Below are positions 28,175 to 37,528 of a stretch of DNA of 61,213 nucleotides, one piece after another. Under the pieces are notes generated by a model. It saw only the letters and a program-made list of their open reading frames with translations. It had not been told where the DNA came from and ran no database searches. The position numbers were made by a program, and so were the translations under genes. This DNA comes from Candidatus Magasanikiibacteriota bacterium (GTDB lineage: Bacteria; Patescibacteriota; Patescibacteriia; Magasanikbacterales; UBA922). Location: positions 1 through 61,213 of the forward strand of contig CAILTG010000097.1 in assembly GCA_903837125.1 (NCBI GenBank). The letters run 5' to 3'. Every line of letters starts with the position of its first letter. Position 1 is the first letter of the stretch.

Positions 28175-29036
28175 ATTTTATCTTCGTAAACAATCGCAAC
28201 GTATTCTCCAAAGTTATTTTTTGTATTTCTTCAATTGATTGATGTTTAATTTTAGCAATTTCTTTAACAACTTCCTCCACCATCCATGGTTCACAACGTT
28301 GTCCACGATAAGCTTGAGGTGCTAAATAGGGTGCATCGGTTTCTACTAAAATTCTGTCTAATGGACATTTTTGTACTACTTCTAACAAATCTAAAGTTGG
28401 CTGAGGATTGGTTTTACGTGCGGGAAAAGTAACTACTCCTGTAAAACCTAAGTAATATCCCATTGCTAAAAATTTTTCTGCCTGTGTCCAGTTTCCAGAG
28501 TAACAATGCACTACACCTGGCGGAATTTCCAATTTCCAATTTCCAATTTCCAATTTCAACATGTCTAAAGTTTCATCATAAGCATCTCTAACATGAATTA
28601 CCAAAGGCAAACTATGCTTAATCGCAAAATTATATTGCTTAATAAAAATTTCTTTTTGTTTTGATAATATTTTTTCTTTATCTAGACCTTCTGGTAAATG
28701 ATATAATTCTAATCCGCACTCCCCTACTGCAATAACTTTTTCTGACTTAGCGAGTTCTGCATAAAAATTATCGTCAAAATCTTCTTCGCGCGACAAAAAA
28801 GACGATTCTTCTTCATCAACTTGCGTGGCGTGTAGATGAATGGGGTGCAAGCCAATCGTTGCGTAAACATTTGGATACTTTTCTGCCAATTCAACTGCTT
28901 TCTGGCTAGTTTCCATCTGTGTACCAACAGTGTTCATCACCAAACCAACCTTGTTACAGCGTTCTAACACACTGTCACGGTCTGCGTCATATCCTTTAAA
29001 TTGTAAGTGACAATGACTATCTATTAACATAAACAA
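28170..29036 (-). CDS. tatD: TatD family metal-dependent hydrolase/DNase
   Basis: 288 aa with the IDSHCHL N-terminal motif and conserved His/Asp/Glu ligand pattern (VHCYSG, ETDAPYL). Confidence 0.9.
   Translation of the reverse strand: MFMLIDSHCHLQFKGYDADRDSVLERCNKVGLVMNTVGTQMETSQKAVELAEKYPNVYATIGLHPIHLHATQVDEEESSFLSREEDFDDNFYAELAKSEKVIAVGECGLELYHLPEGLDKEKILSKQKEIFIKQYNFAIKHSLPLVIHVRDAYDETLDMLKLEIGNWKLEIPPGVVHCYSGNWTQAEKFLAMGYYLGFTGVVTFPARKTNPQPTLDLLEVVQKCPLDRILVETDAPYLAPQAYRGQRCEPWMVEEVVKEIAKIKHQSIEEIQKITLENTLRLFTKIKY
28524..28558. repeat. heptanucleotide tandem repeat (AATTTCC) x4 plus one imperfect copy, inside tatD
   Basis: Read directly from the sequence. On the coding strand it encodes LKLEIGNWKLEI. 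Confidence 0.9.
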
Positions 29037-29147
29037 ATAATTTACAATTCACAATTTTCAATTTACAATAAATTTTCAATTAAACAATTTTCAATGGTAA
29101 TTGGAAATTGGTAATTGATTGAAAATTGTAAATTGATCATTGAAAAT
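29037..29147. repeat. array of (C/A)AATTTTCAAT motifs upstream of tatD
   Basis: Three direct copies (29052, 29070, 29085) and two inverted copies ATTGAAAATT (29118, 29139). AATTGGAAATTGG at about 29100 is the reverse complement of the tatD heptamer repeat. Confidence 0.7.
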
Positions 29148-31202
29148 TCAATTCAATTTCCCTCCCCACTCAACTACAGTAAAACCAGTTCGCTGAGGGG
29201 TAATAAAATTAGGTTCCTTAACTGTTACAAAATTATCCAATGGCTGATAATCCATAAACACGCGAATTACTTTGTCTGGTTTGGGACTAACAGTTAACGG
29301 TGCCATTTGGTCAAATTCTGCTTGTGGCAAGAATGTCACAAACACATAAGGTCTAACTTCTAATTTTGGCTGCCAAAATTCTAGAAAATCAGTAGTTTCT
29401 TTTTCATTCAAACCTTGAATCGCCAAAATCTGTTTCATTTTTGTCCCCACTTCTTCACGTTTCAAAACATAACCATAATCCGGAGTGGCAAAATCATTGG
29501 CGTTGCCTTCCCAAAATAAATAAGGATAAGTTTGTTTGTCAGCAAAATTATAAATATCACTATTTGGTGTGGCAAAAACATTCCAACCATCGTTATAACT
29601 TGGTTCAGTCTTAGTTAAACCACCAGTTGGCGCCACTTGTACATTAACTTTCATTGATTTAGTTGGATACAAATAAATCACCGGCTTGCCACATTCGGCT
29701 TGAGGCAAAATTGAGGCTTTTTGATAAACACGCCAATTACCCCACTGATCTTTCCAAAAGAAAACCGGATTACTATTAACAAATTTAACAAAATTATTAT
29801 GATTTCTCTCAACTAATAATTTTTGGTACTGATCATAAGGTAAGGTATTTTGTTCTTCTGGAGTAACCAAACTAGAGTCTGGTAAACTACTTTTGCTAAA
29901 CATGTCCTCATAAAATACATTAGTAACTTTATCAGATAATTCATAAATTGATTCAGCCTTACCAGTCTTACCAATTTCCGTTAATTTCTCTTCACTAAAC
30001 CAACCATTATTTCCTAAAGTTGAATTTAACTTTTCAGAACCAATTATTTCTGTGCAGTTTGGATCACGTCCACCGCAACCACCATTGGATCCCCAGGCAA
30101 CAAAACTATCTGAACTCTTGATATTTATTCCTTTATTCCATTTAATATCTACCTTAAAAGTTTCCGGATACATATTTTTAGACAGTGCCGGATTCCCATC
30201 ATATTTAAGAAAGTATGGTTGCAAATTATAAACAAAGACTGAGCCATTTTGTTGCAATAAATAAAAACAGTTATTTTTATATTTTAAATTTTTAAGATCA
30301 GGACCTTGGTCAAAATGAGATAAATTAATAAAATCAGTAGTAGAAACTAAACCTGCTATTGGATCGGTAATGCCAAAATCACCTAAATTACCAATAATTG
30401 CCCAACTATTACTAAGTCGAGGATTAAGATAATATAAATTACCATAACTATTATCTGTCAAAGAAATTTTAAGGGGTGGTTCCCAAGGTGTAGTACTAAC
30501 TCCCAAAAATCCTCCAAAAACTGGAAAACTTTTATATTGTATTTTATCTTGATCAGATAAAGTAAAATTAGTTGTATAACTGGTTGGATTATTAATTAAA
30601 TTATCTAAGCCATAACTAGTAACAAAACCTGTTGTGTTAGAAACATCACTGTCTGTTACTAATTTAACCAACAAATTTGCCGATTGATCATAAAATACCA
30701 GGCTAGGGGTATAACCGCTCCAGGGACCATCGGGAAACAAATCTGGCACTACCACATAAAAAATTGGCTGATTATTTAAATTTTTTATTTTACCAACCTC
30801 ATAAAAAATAATCTGAGGTTCTTGTGTTGAACAACCTACCCCAGTATTTTGACTATCTGGCTTACAAGTCTTTTTTAAATCAAGCATCCAATTTAAAATC
30901 TTTTGATAAGTAGGAAATAATTTGTTAAGTAACTGATTAGTTTGATCATCAGAAACTCTTTTAGCAATTAATTGCCATTCAATAGCTAATTTTTTGTTTG
31001 GTAAATTATTTAAAATATATGAATAATCCTTAATTTCCGGTGTGCTAGTAGTTGTTTGTTCTACAGTATCCGTAGTAGTAACGGTTGTAGAGTTATTGAC
31101 TACTTTTATTTGTTTATTCCCGTCAAATATACTACAACCCGAAAGCAAAAAAACAGTTACTATTAATAAACTTACTGACAAGGTCAATTTCATTCTAGAC
31201 AT
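29148..31202 (-). CDS. large lipoprotein of unknown function (684 aa)
   Basis: Signal peptide with lipobox LLSGC, followed by a T-rich linker. No recognisable catalytic motif. Confidence 0.75.
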   Translation of the reverse strand: MSRMKLTLSVSLLIVTVFLLSGCSIFDGNKQIKVVNNSTTVTTTDTVEQTTTSTPEIKDYSYILNNLPNKKLAIEWQLIAKRVSDDQTNQLLNKLFPTYQKILNWMLDLKKTCKPDSQNTGVGCSTQEPQIIFYEVGKIKNLNNQPIFYVVVPDLFPDGPWSGYTPSLVFYDQSANLLVKLVTDSDVSNTTGFVTSYGLDNLINNPTSYTTNFTLSDQDKIQYKSFPVFGGFLGVSTTPWEPPLKISLTDNSYGNLYYLNPRLSNSWAIIGNLGDFGITDPIAGLVSTTDFINLSHFDQGPDLKNLKYKNNCFYLLQQNGSVFVYNLQPYFLKYDGNPALSKNMYPETFKVDIKWNKGINIKSSDSFVAWGSNGGCGGRDPNCTEIIGSEKLNSTLGNNGWFSEEKLTEIGKTGKAESIYELSDKVTNVFYEDMFSKSSLPDSSLVTPEEQNTLPYDQYQKLLVERNHNNFVKFVNSNPVFFWKDQWGNWRVYQKASILPQAECGKPVIYLYPTKSMKVNVQVAPTGGLTKTEPSYNDGWNVFATPNSDIYNFADKQTYPYLFWEGNANDFATPDYGYVLKREEVGTKMKQILAIQGLNEKETTDFLEFWQPKLEVRPYVFVTFLPQAEFDQMAPLTVSPKPDKVIRVFMDYQPLDNFVTVKEPNFITPQRTGFTVVEWGGKLN

Positions 31203-31205
31203 ATT

Positions 31206-33017
31206 CTAAAAATTAAATTCTAAATTATTATTACTGTTTGAAAAATTATAATTGTTCAGTCGACTACTGTCAACGAATTTTTTCATAAACTCAAAATTAT
31301 TGTTTTGGTTCATCAAACTCACTTGACTGTTAACCCCTTGTAGAGGCATTACATAAACTGATAAAGAATTTTTTAAATCCTTTTTATAAACCACACCCAC
31401 TGCCAAACCCATCTGTGTTTCCGGAGAAAAATATTGATCAAAAATAAAATTTCCCAATGAATAAAAAATTGGTTTATTTTTATAAATTTCCATTTCTTCA
31501 ATTACGTGGGGATGATGACCAACAATTAAATCCGCTCCAGCGTCAATCATTAAATGCGCTAAATCTTTTTGACGAGCATTGGATTTTAAAAATAGATACT
31601 CCTGTCCCCAATGAATATTTACTACTACCAAATCTGACTGTTTTTTTACTTCTTCAATCTTAGCCTTAATCTTAAGCTTATCCAGTGGATAATAAGTATC
31701 GTTAAAACCCACAAAACCAATTTTCAAACCACCAACTTCTTTAATTAAATATGCATCTTTGCCAATGCCATAACCATCACCATAAAAATCAATATTAGCA
31801 TTTTTCAAATTAACTTTTGATTCATTCAAACCTGCCACACTCATATCCAAACTATGATTATTGGCTACATCAAAAATATTAAAATTATATTTTTTTAAAG
31901 TCGGAATTAAAACAGGATCAAAACGAAAAGCAATTTCTTTTGTAGTCGCACGTCGGGAATTAGCAAAAGGTCCTTCTAAATTGGCGTGAAAAATATCTAC
32001 ACCGCGAAAAAAACGATTTTCCGCTCCAGCCAGGTTTTTCAATAAATAGTCTGGACTATTTTTTTCAATTGCTTTTTTAACATTCCTGTCCAGCATCAAA
32101 TCTCCAAAAAATAAAAAACTAGCGACTTTTTCTTGGCTCGGTTCACCGGCTACAAAAAATGGTAAATAATAACTAGTGGTTAAATCTGCATTACTGGCCA
32201 AGTCGGCGCTATTGTCGTGCCAAGCAGTGGCGATTTTTTGCGTGCCATTTTTTTCCATCATTTTCAACATTACATAAAGCGAGGGTACACTGTCAATTTC
32301 TAATTCATTAAGTCTTGAATAATTAAAATTGCCAATCACGCCTTCACTTAATTCATCATGAAAATCCGCCACGCCTTGGTGTTGGTAATGTGAAAAATCT
32401 ATTGAAGATATTACGACCGCATCGGCCGGTAAAATTTCTTGTAATTTATTAACCAAATTATCCAAAGTGGAACTACTTAATTCATTTTTTAAAATAATTG
32501 GCAAAAATTCTGTTTTGGGTAGAGCTTCTTTAAGCAAAGCTACTGGTCCATAAATACTATGTTCTTCAGCCATAGTTTTCTCATCCAGACTTAATACTTT
32601 AGCTTCAACTAATTTATTTACTAAATCTGTATCAGTTTTTAAAATACCAAAAGGCGTTTGCCAATCTAAAGCTGAAGAAATAATATTGGTTTGTCCGCGA
32701 TCAAAATGATTGGGTCCAATCAAAACAATCACACTAGGATTTTGTTTTTGCAGTGCTGCAAAAAAACCGGCAATATATTTACCGGCTAATAAATGATGAG
32801 GAATAATTCCACCTTTGATAAAACCAATATCTTTATTTAAGGTTGGACGTTGATTATAATAATTTGTGAGTAATTCGTTATCCCAAGGCGCGCTATACTG
32901 AAAATTCTCAACTAATTTAATTTGTCCGGTAATTATTTGTTCTGATTTATTTGATGAAACAGCTGTGCTGCAACCAGTAATAAAAAGTAACAGGATAAAC
33001 AAAAAATATTTTCTCAT
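31206..33017 (-). CDS. lipoprotein fusing a Memo/AmmeMemoRadiSam-B-like domain to a CapA-type metallophosphatase domain
   Basis: Lipobox FITGC. The N-terminal half has GGIIPHHLLAG and GPNHF, which are Memo-like. The C-terminal half has ANNHSLD, NIHWGQEY and GHHPHV, which are CapA/PGA-synthesis-like. Confidence 0.75.
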   Translation of the reverse strand: MRKYFLFILLLFITGCSTAVSSNKSEQIITGQIKLVENFQYSAPWDNELLTNYYNQRPTLNKDIGFIKGGIIPHHLLAGKYIAGFFAALQKQNPSVIVLIGPNHFDRGQTNIISSALDWQTPFGILKTDTDLVNKLVEAKVLSLDEKTMAEEHSIYGPVALLKEALPKTEFLPIILKNELSSSTLDNLVNKLQEILPADAVVISSIDFSHYQHQGVADFHDELSEGVIGNFNYSRLNELEIDSVPSLYVMLKMMEKNGTQKIATAWHDNSADLASNADLTTSYYLPFFVAGEPSQEKVASFLFFGDLMLDRNVKKAIEKNSPDYLLKNLAGAENRFFRGVDIFHANLEGPFANSRRATTKEIAFRFDPVLIPTLKKYNFNIFDVANNHSLDMSVAGLNESKVNLKNANIDFYGDGYGIGKDAYLIKEVGGLKIGFVGFNDTYYPLDKLKIKAKIEEVKKQSDLVVVNIHWGQEYLFLKSNARQKDLAHLMIDAGADLIVGHHPHVIEEMEIYKNKPIFYSLGNFIFDQYFSPETQMGLAVGVVYKKDLKNSLSVYVMPLQGVNSQVSLMNQNNNFEFMKKFVDSSRLNNYNFSNSNNNLEFNF

Positions 33018-33060
33018 ACAATTTTCATTCTGACAGACTTTAGGGACTTTACAACTTTAT

Positions 33061-33092
33061 CCTCGATTTCAACCGAAGTTGAAATCGGGACA
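33061..33092. repeat. hairpin element CCTCGATTTCAAC-N4-GTTGAAATCGGGAC, copy 1
   Basis: Intergenic, between cvpA and the upstream lipoprotein gene. A second copy lies at 35822-35852. Confidence 0.8.
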
Positions 33093-33094
33093 GA

Positions 33095-33649
33095 CTATTT
33101 AATAAATATATGCTGAACATAATCAACCGTTGATTTCAACATTTTAAGCGCTTCGGGCAAAAGCGGTAATAAAATTGAAGCGGCGTTAGAACAATATGGA
33201 ACAATGATTGAACCGGCCATCCAGCTCATAAATTTATCAGACAAAGGAATTTTATCAATTACATAAAAAATTAAACCTAAAGTCACCACACCTTCAAACA
33301 AACCTAAAACAAAACCTAAAAAACGATTCAAAGAATTAATAAATGGTAAATCAGTAATAAAACCGGCCATTTTGTCTACTATCCAAAAACCAAATCCCAC
33401 TAAGCGGTTGATAACTATAAAAGCAATTATGAACATGAGTACTTTGGAAAAATTACTGCCCCAACCAGTAATTCCTACCAGCCAATTACCCATGGGTTCA
33501 TAAAATCTACTGGCTAAATAAGCGCCAAAAATTGTACCCAAGAGCGATCCTAAAGTGTGGACTAAACCAAACCAAAAACCAAACATGGCGAAACCGCCGA
33601 TGATTATTAATAATATTACATCAAACAAGCCCATATAATTAATTATCAA
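33095..33649 (-). CDS. cvpA: CvpA family membrane protein
   Basis: 184 aa with four TM helices and N-terminus DVILLIIIGGFAMFGFWFGLV, typical of CvpA. Confidence 0.75.
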   Translation of the reverse strand: MIINYMGLFDVILLIIIGGFAMFGFWFGLVHTLGSLLGTIFGAYLASRFYEPMGNWLVGITGWGSNFSKVLMFIIAFIVINRLVGFGFWIVDKMAGFITDLPFINSLNRFLGFVLGLFEGVVTLGLIFYVIDKIPLSDKFMSWMAGSIIVPYCSNAASILLPLLPEALKMLKSTVDYVQHIFIK

Positions 33650-33656
33650 TTTAAAA

Positions 33657-35207
33657 TTATTTTTCTAATCTTGGAAATAGTATCTGCCCTTTGGTTATTA
33701 TACCACCACTGGGCAATTTTCCCCAAACTTGTTCAGACATCAAATCAGTAAAAGTGGCTGAATTAATACCAAATTGAACTAATATTTTTTCCGCTGTTCC
33801 AGGAATAATTGGCAAAACAGCTACGGCGATATGACGTAAACTCTCGGCTAATTGATAAAGAAGACCATTAATATCTTCACCCGCTTTAAATTTCTCCCAT
33901 GGTTTGGTTTCAGAAATAATCTGATCACATTTTCCCACAAAACCATTTACTAATGATATTAAATCCTCAAATTTGTAATTGGTTAAAGCCTGTTCATAAT
34001 TTCTCCAAAATTCCTTAACAGTCAATCTACAATTAGCCATTAAATTTCTTTCTTCAGGAATTTTTCCACCAGCATATTTTTCCAGCATAGCTAAAATTCT
34101 GGAAGTTAAATTGCCCAAACCATTAACCAAATGAGCTGTATAATATTCTTCAAATCTTAAAACAGAAAAATCACCATCATCATAAGCCGGCAAAGCGCCA
34201 AGTAAATAATATCTTAAAGCATCTGTGCCGTATTTTTGAACAATAGTGAAAGGATCAACCACATTACCCAAACTTTTGCTCATTTTTTGCCCTTCGGAAG
34301 TTATGAATCCGTGAATAAAAACTTGTTTAGAAGTGGGTAAACCAGCAGACAGAAGCATGGCCTGCCACATGGCTGATTGCTGACGCAAATTATCTTTACC
34401 AGCAACTTGGTACCCAGGCCAAAACCGACAATAGTCACAACTATTGTCGTCCCGAGCGGAAGCGCGGGATCCCTTACAATCACAAGGCCACCCGAGCGTA
34501 GAAATATAATTTATTAATGCATCAAACCATACATACATTACCTGTTTTTCATCACCAGGAACTTGAATACCCCAAGGCATCTTTTCAGCTAACCTGGAAA
34601 TACTAAAATCTTCCAATCCCCTCTCAACAAAATTGCTAATTTCTTGTAAACGATTACGGGGCATCACAAATTCCGGATTCTTGGCATACAATTTCAACAG
34701 CTGTTTCTGATATTTAGAAAATTTAAAAAAATAATTTTCTTCTTCAATAATTTCTAACTCCAAATTTGGATGAACTGGACAACGCTCATCTACTAATTCT
34801 GAATCAGTTTTTTCTAATTCACAACCTACACAGTATTTAACACTATAATTCTTTTTATAAATATCACCATTTTTTTCACAAAGTTTCCAAAATTCTTGTG
34901 CCGCTTTTACATGATGTGCATCAGTAGTGCGAATAAAATTAGTATAACTTAAATCCAAAGCCTGTTTTAAAGCATCAAACTTAGTCGCATACTCATCACA
35001 ATATTTTTGGGGATCTTTTCCTTCGGCTAAAGCCTTGCGATAAATTTTAAGTCCATGTTCGTCTGTGCCGGTATTAAAAATAACTTCTTCCCCAAGAAGT
35101 TTATGGTATCTGGCCAAAACATCAGCTTGAATAATTTCTAAAGCAAAACCGATATGCGGTTCGGCGTTTACATAAGGCAAGGTGGTGGTGAGATAATAAT
35201 TTTTCAT
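33657..35207 (-). CDS. metG: methionyl-tRNA synthetase
   Basis: HIGH-region [16 protein letters not shown] (QKMSKSLGN) and zinc knuckle CVGCE...CPVH. I chose the start at MKNYYLTT; the ORF track extends to 35234. Confidence 0.93.
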   Translation of the reverse strand: MKNYYLTTTLPYVNAEPHIGFALEIIQADVLARYHKLLGEEVIFNTGTDEHGLKIYRKALAEGKDPQKYCDEYATKFDALKQALDLSYTNFIRTTDAHHVKAAQEFWKLCEKNGDIYKKNYSVKYCVGCELEKTDSELVDERCPVHPNLELEIIEEENYFFKFSKYQKQLLKLYAKNPEFVMPRNRLQEISNFVERGLEDFSISRLAEKMPWGIQVPGDEKQVMYVWFDALINYISTLGWPCDCKGSRASARDDNSCDYCRFWPGYQVAGKDNLRQQSAMWQAMLLSAGLPTSKQVFIHGFITSEGQKMSKSLGNVVDPFTIVQKYGTDALRYYLLGALPAYDDGDFSVLRFEEYYTAHLVNGLGNLTSRILAMLEKYAGGKIPEERNLMANCRLTVKEFWRNYEQALTNYKFEDLISLVNGFVGKCDQIISETKPWEKFKAGEDINGLLYQLAESLRHIAVAVLPIIPGTAEKILVQFGINSATFTDLMSEQVWGKLPSGGIITKGQILFPRLEK

Positions 35208-35220
35208 AGAATAATTTATT

Positions 35221-35778
35221 TTAAAAAAAACCAATACTACCCAATATTTTTATTGTATCTGTACAGTCAACATATTCTTTATGTTCATCACAAAGAGCCT
35301 GTGAACTAGTCAGTGTAATCACTATTAGTTTACTTGGTAATAAAATATATTCATTAACACCTTCAAAATTGATCATATATAACTGTCCCAACACATTACC
35401 AATTGTAGTAGAGGTCCTATAGCCATAACCATCTGAAATATCTTCATTTTTTACACTAGTTACTCTGTCAAAATACTGCTTTGAATACTTACTAATTTCA
35501 ATTCTTGGGACAATTTCTTCTTTTAAATGCAAAGCTATTGAAGAAGTCGTCACTTCAACTCTAAAATAATCAGGATATTGCATTTCAACGCCTATCTCAT
35601 CATTTTTATAATTCAACCATTTGGTATTAAGGCCATCTATTTTCTTATCAATAGCTATTTTTTGTTTATTCACTATCGAGGTTGGTAATGCATTTTTTAA
35701 TGGTTGAACATTACTATCACATCCAATTCCAATCATTAAAATGATAAAAAAAATAAAAATAAATTTATAATTTTTCAT
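35221..35778 (-). CDS. small lipoprotein of unknown function
   Basis: The signal peptide [20 protein letters not shown] contains a lipobox. The ORF track extends to 35817. Confidence 0.65.
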   Translation of the reverse strand: MKNYKFIFIFFIILMIGIGCDSNVQPLKNALPTSIVNKQKIAIDKKIDGLNTKWLNYKNDEIGVEMQYPDYFRVEVTTSSIALHLKEEIVPRIEISKYSKQYFDRVTSVKNEDISDGYGYRTSTTIGNVLGQLYMINFEGVNEYILLPSKLIVITLTSSQALCDEHKEYVDCTDTIKILGSIGFF

Positions 35779-35821
35779 AATATTGTTTATCCAGATTTTG
35801 TTTTCAAGCAAAATCAAAGAT

Positions 35822-35852
35822 CCTCGATTTCAACGTCGGTTGAAATCGGGAC
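35822..35852. repeat. hairpin element CCTCGATTTCAAC-N4-GTTGAAATCGGGAC, copy 2
   Basis: Both 13/14-nt arms are identical to copy 1. This copy overlaps the last 7 codons and the stop of rsmI. Confidence 0.8.
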
Positions 35853-36522
35853 TTATTACTACAACAAACTCCCCTTTTTCTAATACTTTCATTTCTAAAA
35901 TTTCTTCTATTGTGCCACGATAAATAGTCTCAAATTTTTTAGTTAACTCACGGCAGACGCACAGCAGTGCGTCTCTACCCAACACTGCATTCAATTCATC
36001 CAAACACTTCTTAATTCGATGAGATGATTCATAAAACGCTACTGTATATTTTGCTTGAGCGACTTCTCTAAAAAATGTTTGTCTGCCCTTTTTATGTGGA
36101 GGAAAACCCATGAAAACATACTTATCAGTTGGGAAACCTGATATAGAAAGAGCAGTAATAACAGCTGATGGTCCAGGTACAGGTATAATTGTTAAATTAT
36201 TAAATTGTTTAATGGTTAACTGGTTTATTAGTTTATTACCAGGATCTGAAATACCCGGTGTACCTGCATCGGTAACCAAAGCAATATTTTTCCCTTCAAC
36301 CAATAAACTATTAATCCAATCAACTTTATTATCCTCACTGTGCTGGTGATAACTGATTAAAGTTTTTTTTATTTCAAAACGAGCTAATAAACCACTAGTT
36401 ACCCGGGTGTCTTCACACAAAATTACATCCACACTCTTTAAAACTTCTAAAGCGCGTAACGTAATATCACCGAGATTTCCAATCGGAGTAGCAACGATAT
36501 ATAATTTACCTATTTCAGACAT
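35830..36522 (-). CDS. rsmI: 16S rRNA (cytidine1402-2'-O)-methyltransferase
   Basis: 230 aa, tetrapyrrole-methylase fold, with N-terminus LYIVATPIGNLGDITLRALEVLKSVDVILCEDTR. Confidence 0.9.
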   Translation of the reverse strand: MSEIGKLYIVATPIGNLGDITLRALEVLKSVDVILCEDTRVTSGLLARFEIKKTLISYHQHSEDNKVDWINSLLVEGKNIALVTDAGTPGISDPGNKLINQLTIKQFNNLTIIPVPGPSAVITALSISGFPTDKYVFMGFPPHKKGRQTFFREVAQAKYTVAFYESSHRIKKCLDELNAVLGRDALLCVCRELTKKFETIYRGTIEEILEMKVLEKGEFVVVISPDFNRR

Positions 36523-36557
36523 GGATATATTTTACTAAAAAATCACTAAAAAAGCAA

Positions 36558-36583
36558 GAAAACCAGCCGGGTGGCTGGTTTTC
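36558..36583 (-). terminator. intrinsic terminator after the ferredoxin gene
   Basis: GAAAACCAGCC / GGCTGGTTTTC stem followed by a T-run on the minus strand. Confidence 0.75.
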
Positions 36584-36604
36584 TAATCTTTAATTTTCAG
36601 TCTT

Positions 36605-36790
36605 TTATTCTTCAATACTAATACACTGTACCGGACAATTATCATGTGCATCATTAAGTGCTTCTTTGCTATCCCCTGGTGGATTAATTTCCACAGCCTT
36701 ACCATCTTCATCCATTTTAAAACTAGCTGGCGCTAAAATAGTACAAGTGGCGCAGCCAATACATTTTTCTTTATCAACTTTTGTTTTCAT
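36605..36790 (-). CDS. small 4Fe-4S ferredoxin
   Basis: 61 aa with CIGCATC ... CP cluster ligands. Confidence 0.85.
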   Translation of the reverse strand: MKTKVDKEKCIGCATCTILAPASFKMDEDGKAVEINPPGDSKEALNDAHDNCPVQCISIEE

Positions 36791-36850
36791 AGCATTAATT
36801 TAAACTAATTTATACTGATTAAAAAATTACTCATTTGAATCCGTATTAAT

Positions 36851-37513
36851 CTATGTTCCGTAGTATTTTTCACTATAAAACCTTATCAGTTGTTCTATTT
36901 CTGGTATTGCCTCTGGAGTAGCTACTCCAACTTTAAGACGCTTCTGAACGTCGACCAAAGTTTTAGCGCCTTCCAGCACAGCTTCTTCAATATCATGATC
37001 AGTAATTTTTAATTTTTCATCAACTATTTTAGCTCCTTCAGTAATAATACGCGAATGTTGGCCCGTACTACGAAAATAATCATTAATTGCAGCACGCAAG
37101 GCTTTGTCGCCAAGCACTGAGCAGTGAATTTTGCGGACTGGCAAACCACCCAAGCGTTTCATAATATCCTGAGGTTTTATTTTTAAAGCTTTTTCTAAAG
37201 TCATTCCCCCTTTTTCCGTAACCATTACTGAAAGCATAGAGGTAGAAGCAATAGCCGAGCCACAACCAAAAGTCTGCCATTTACATTCTTTTATTTTTTC
37301 AGTTTTTTTATCAACTTTAATCCAAATTACCATTTCATCTCCACAAGCTGGACTACCAACTCTACCCATACCATCGGCTTGATAATTTTCTTCTTGCCCA
37401 TTAATTAACAAATTTTTTGGATTAAAAAAATGTTCTTTGACAATGTCAGAATACAGCCAAGCGGTCCCGGAACCGTCTCTTCCATGAATTGTTTGTTTTT
37501 GTATTTTTGACAT
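36851..37513 (-). CDS. nifU: NifU/IscU-like Fe-S scaffold with C-terminal extension
   Basis: Scaffold cysteines occur in GSPACGDEM, FGCGSAIAS and IHCSVL. 220 aa. Confidence 0.88.
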   Translation of the reverse strand: MSKIQKQTIHGRDGSGTAWLYSDIVKEHFFNPKNLLINGQEENYQADGMGRVGSPACGDEMVIWIKVDKKTEKIKECKWQTFGCGSAIASTSMLSVMVTEKGGMTLEKALKIKPQDIMKRLGGLPVRKIHCSVLGDKALRAAINDYFRSTGQHSRIITEGAKIVDEKLKITDHDIEEAVLEGAKTLVDVQKRLKVGVATPEAIPEIEQLIRFYSEKYYGT

Positions 37514-37528
37514 GATATAAAAATTTAT

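Noticed and set aside
28524-29147. Whether the tandem and inverted short repeats around tatD could be a CRISPR array.
   Set aside because: The units are only 7-11 nt and lie directly adjacent or irregularly spaced. There are no unique spacers of 25-40 nt and no cas genes.
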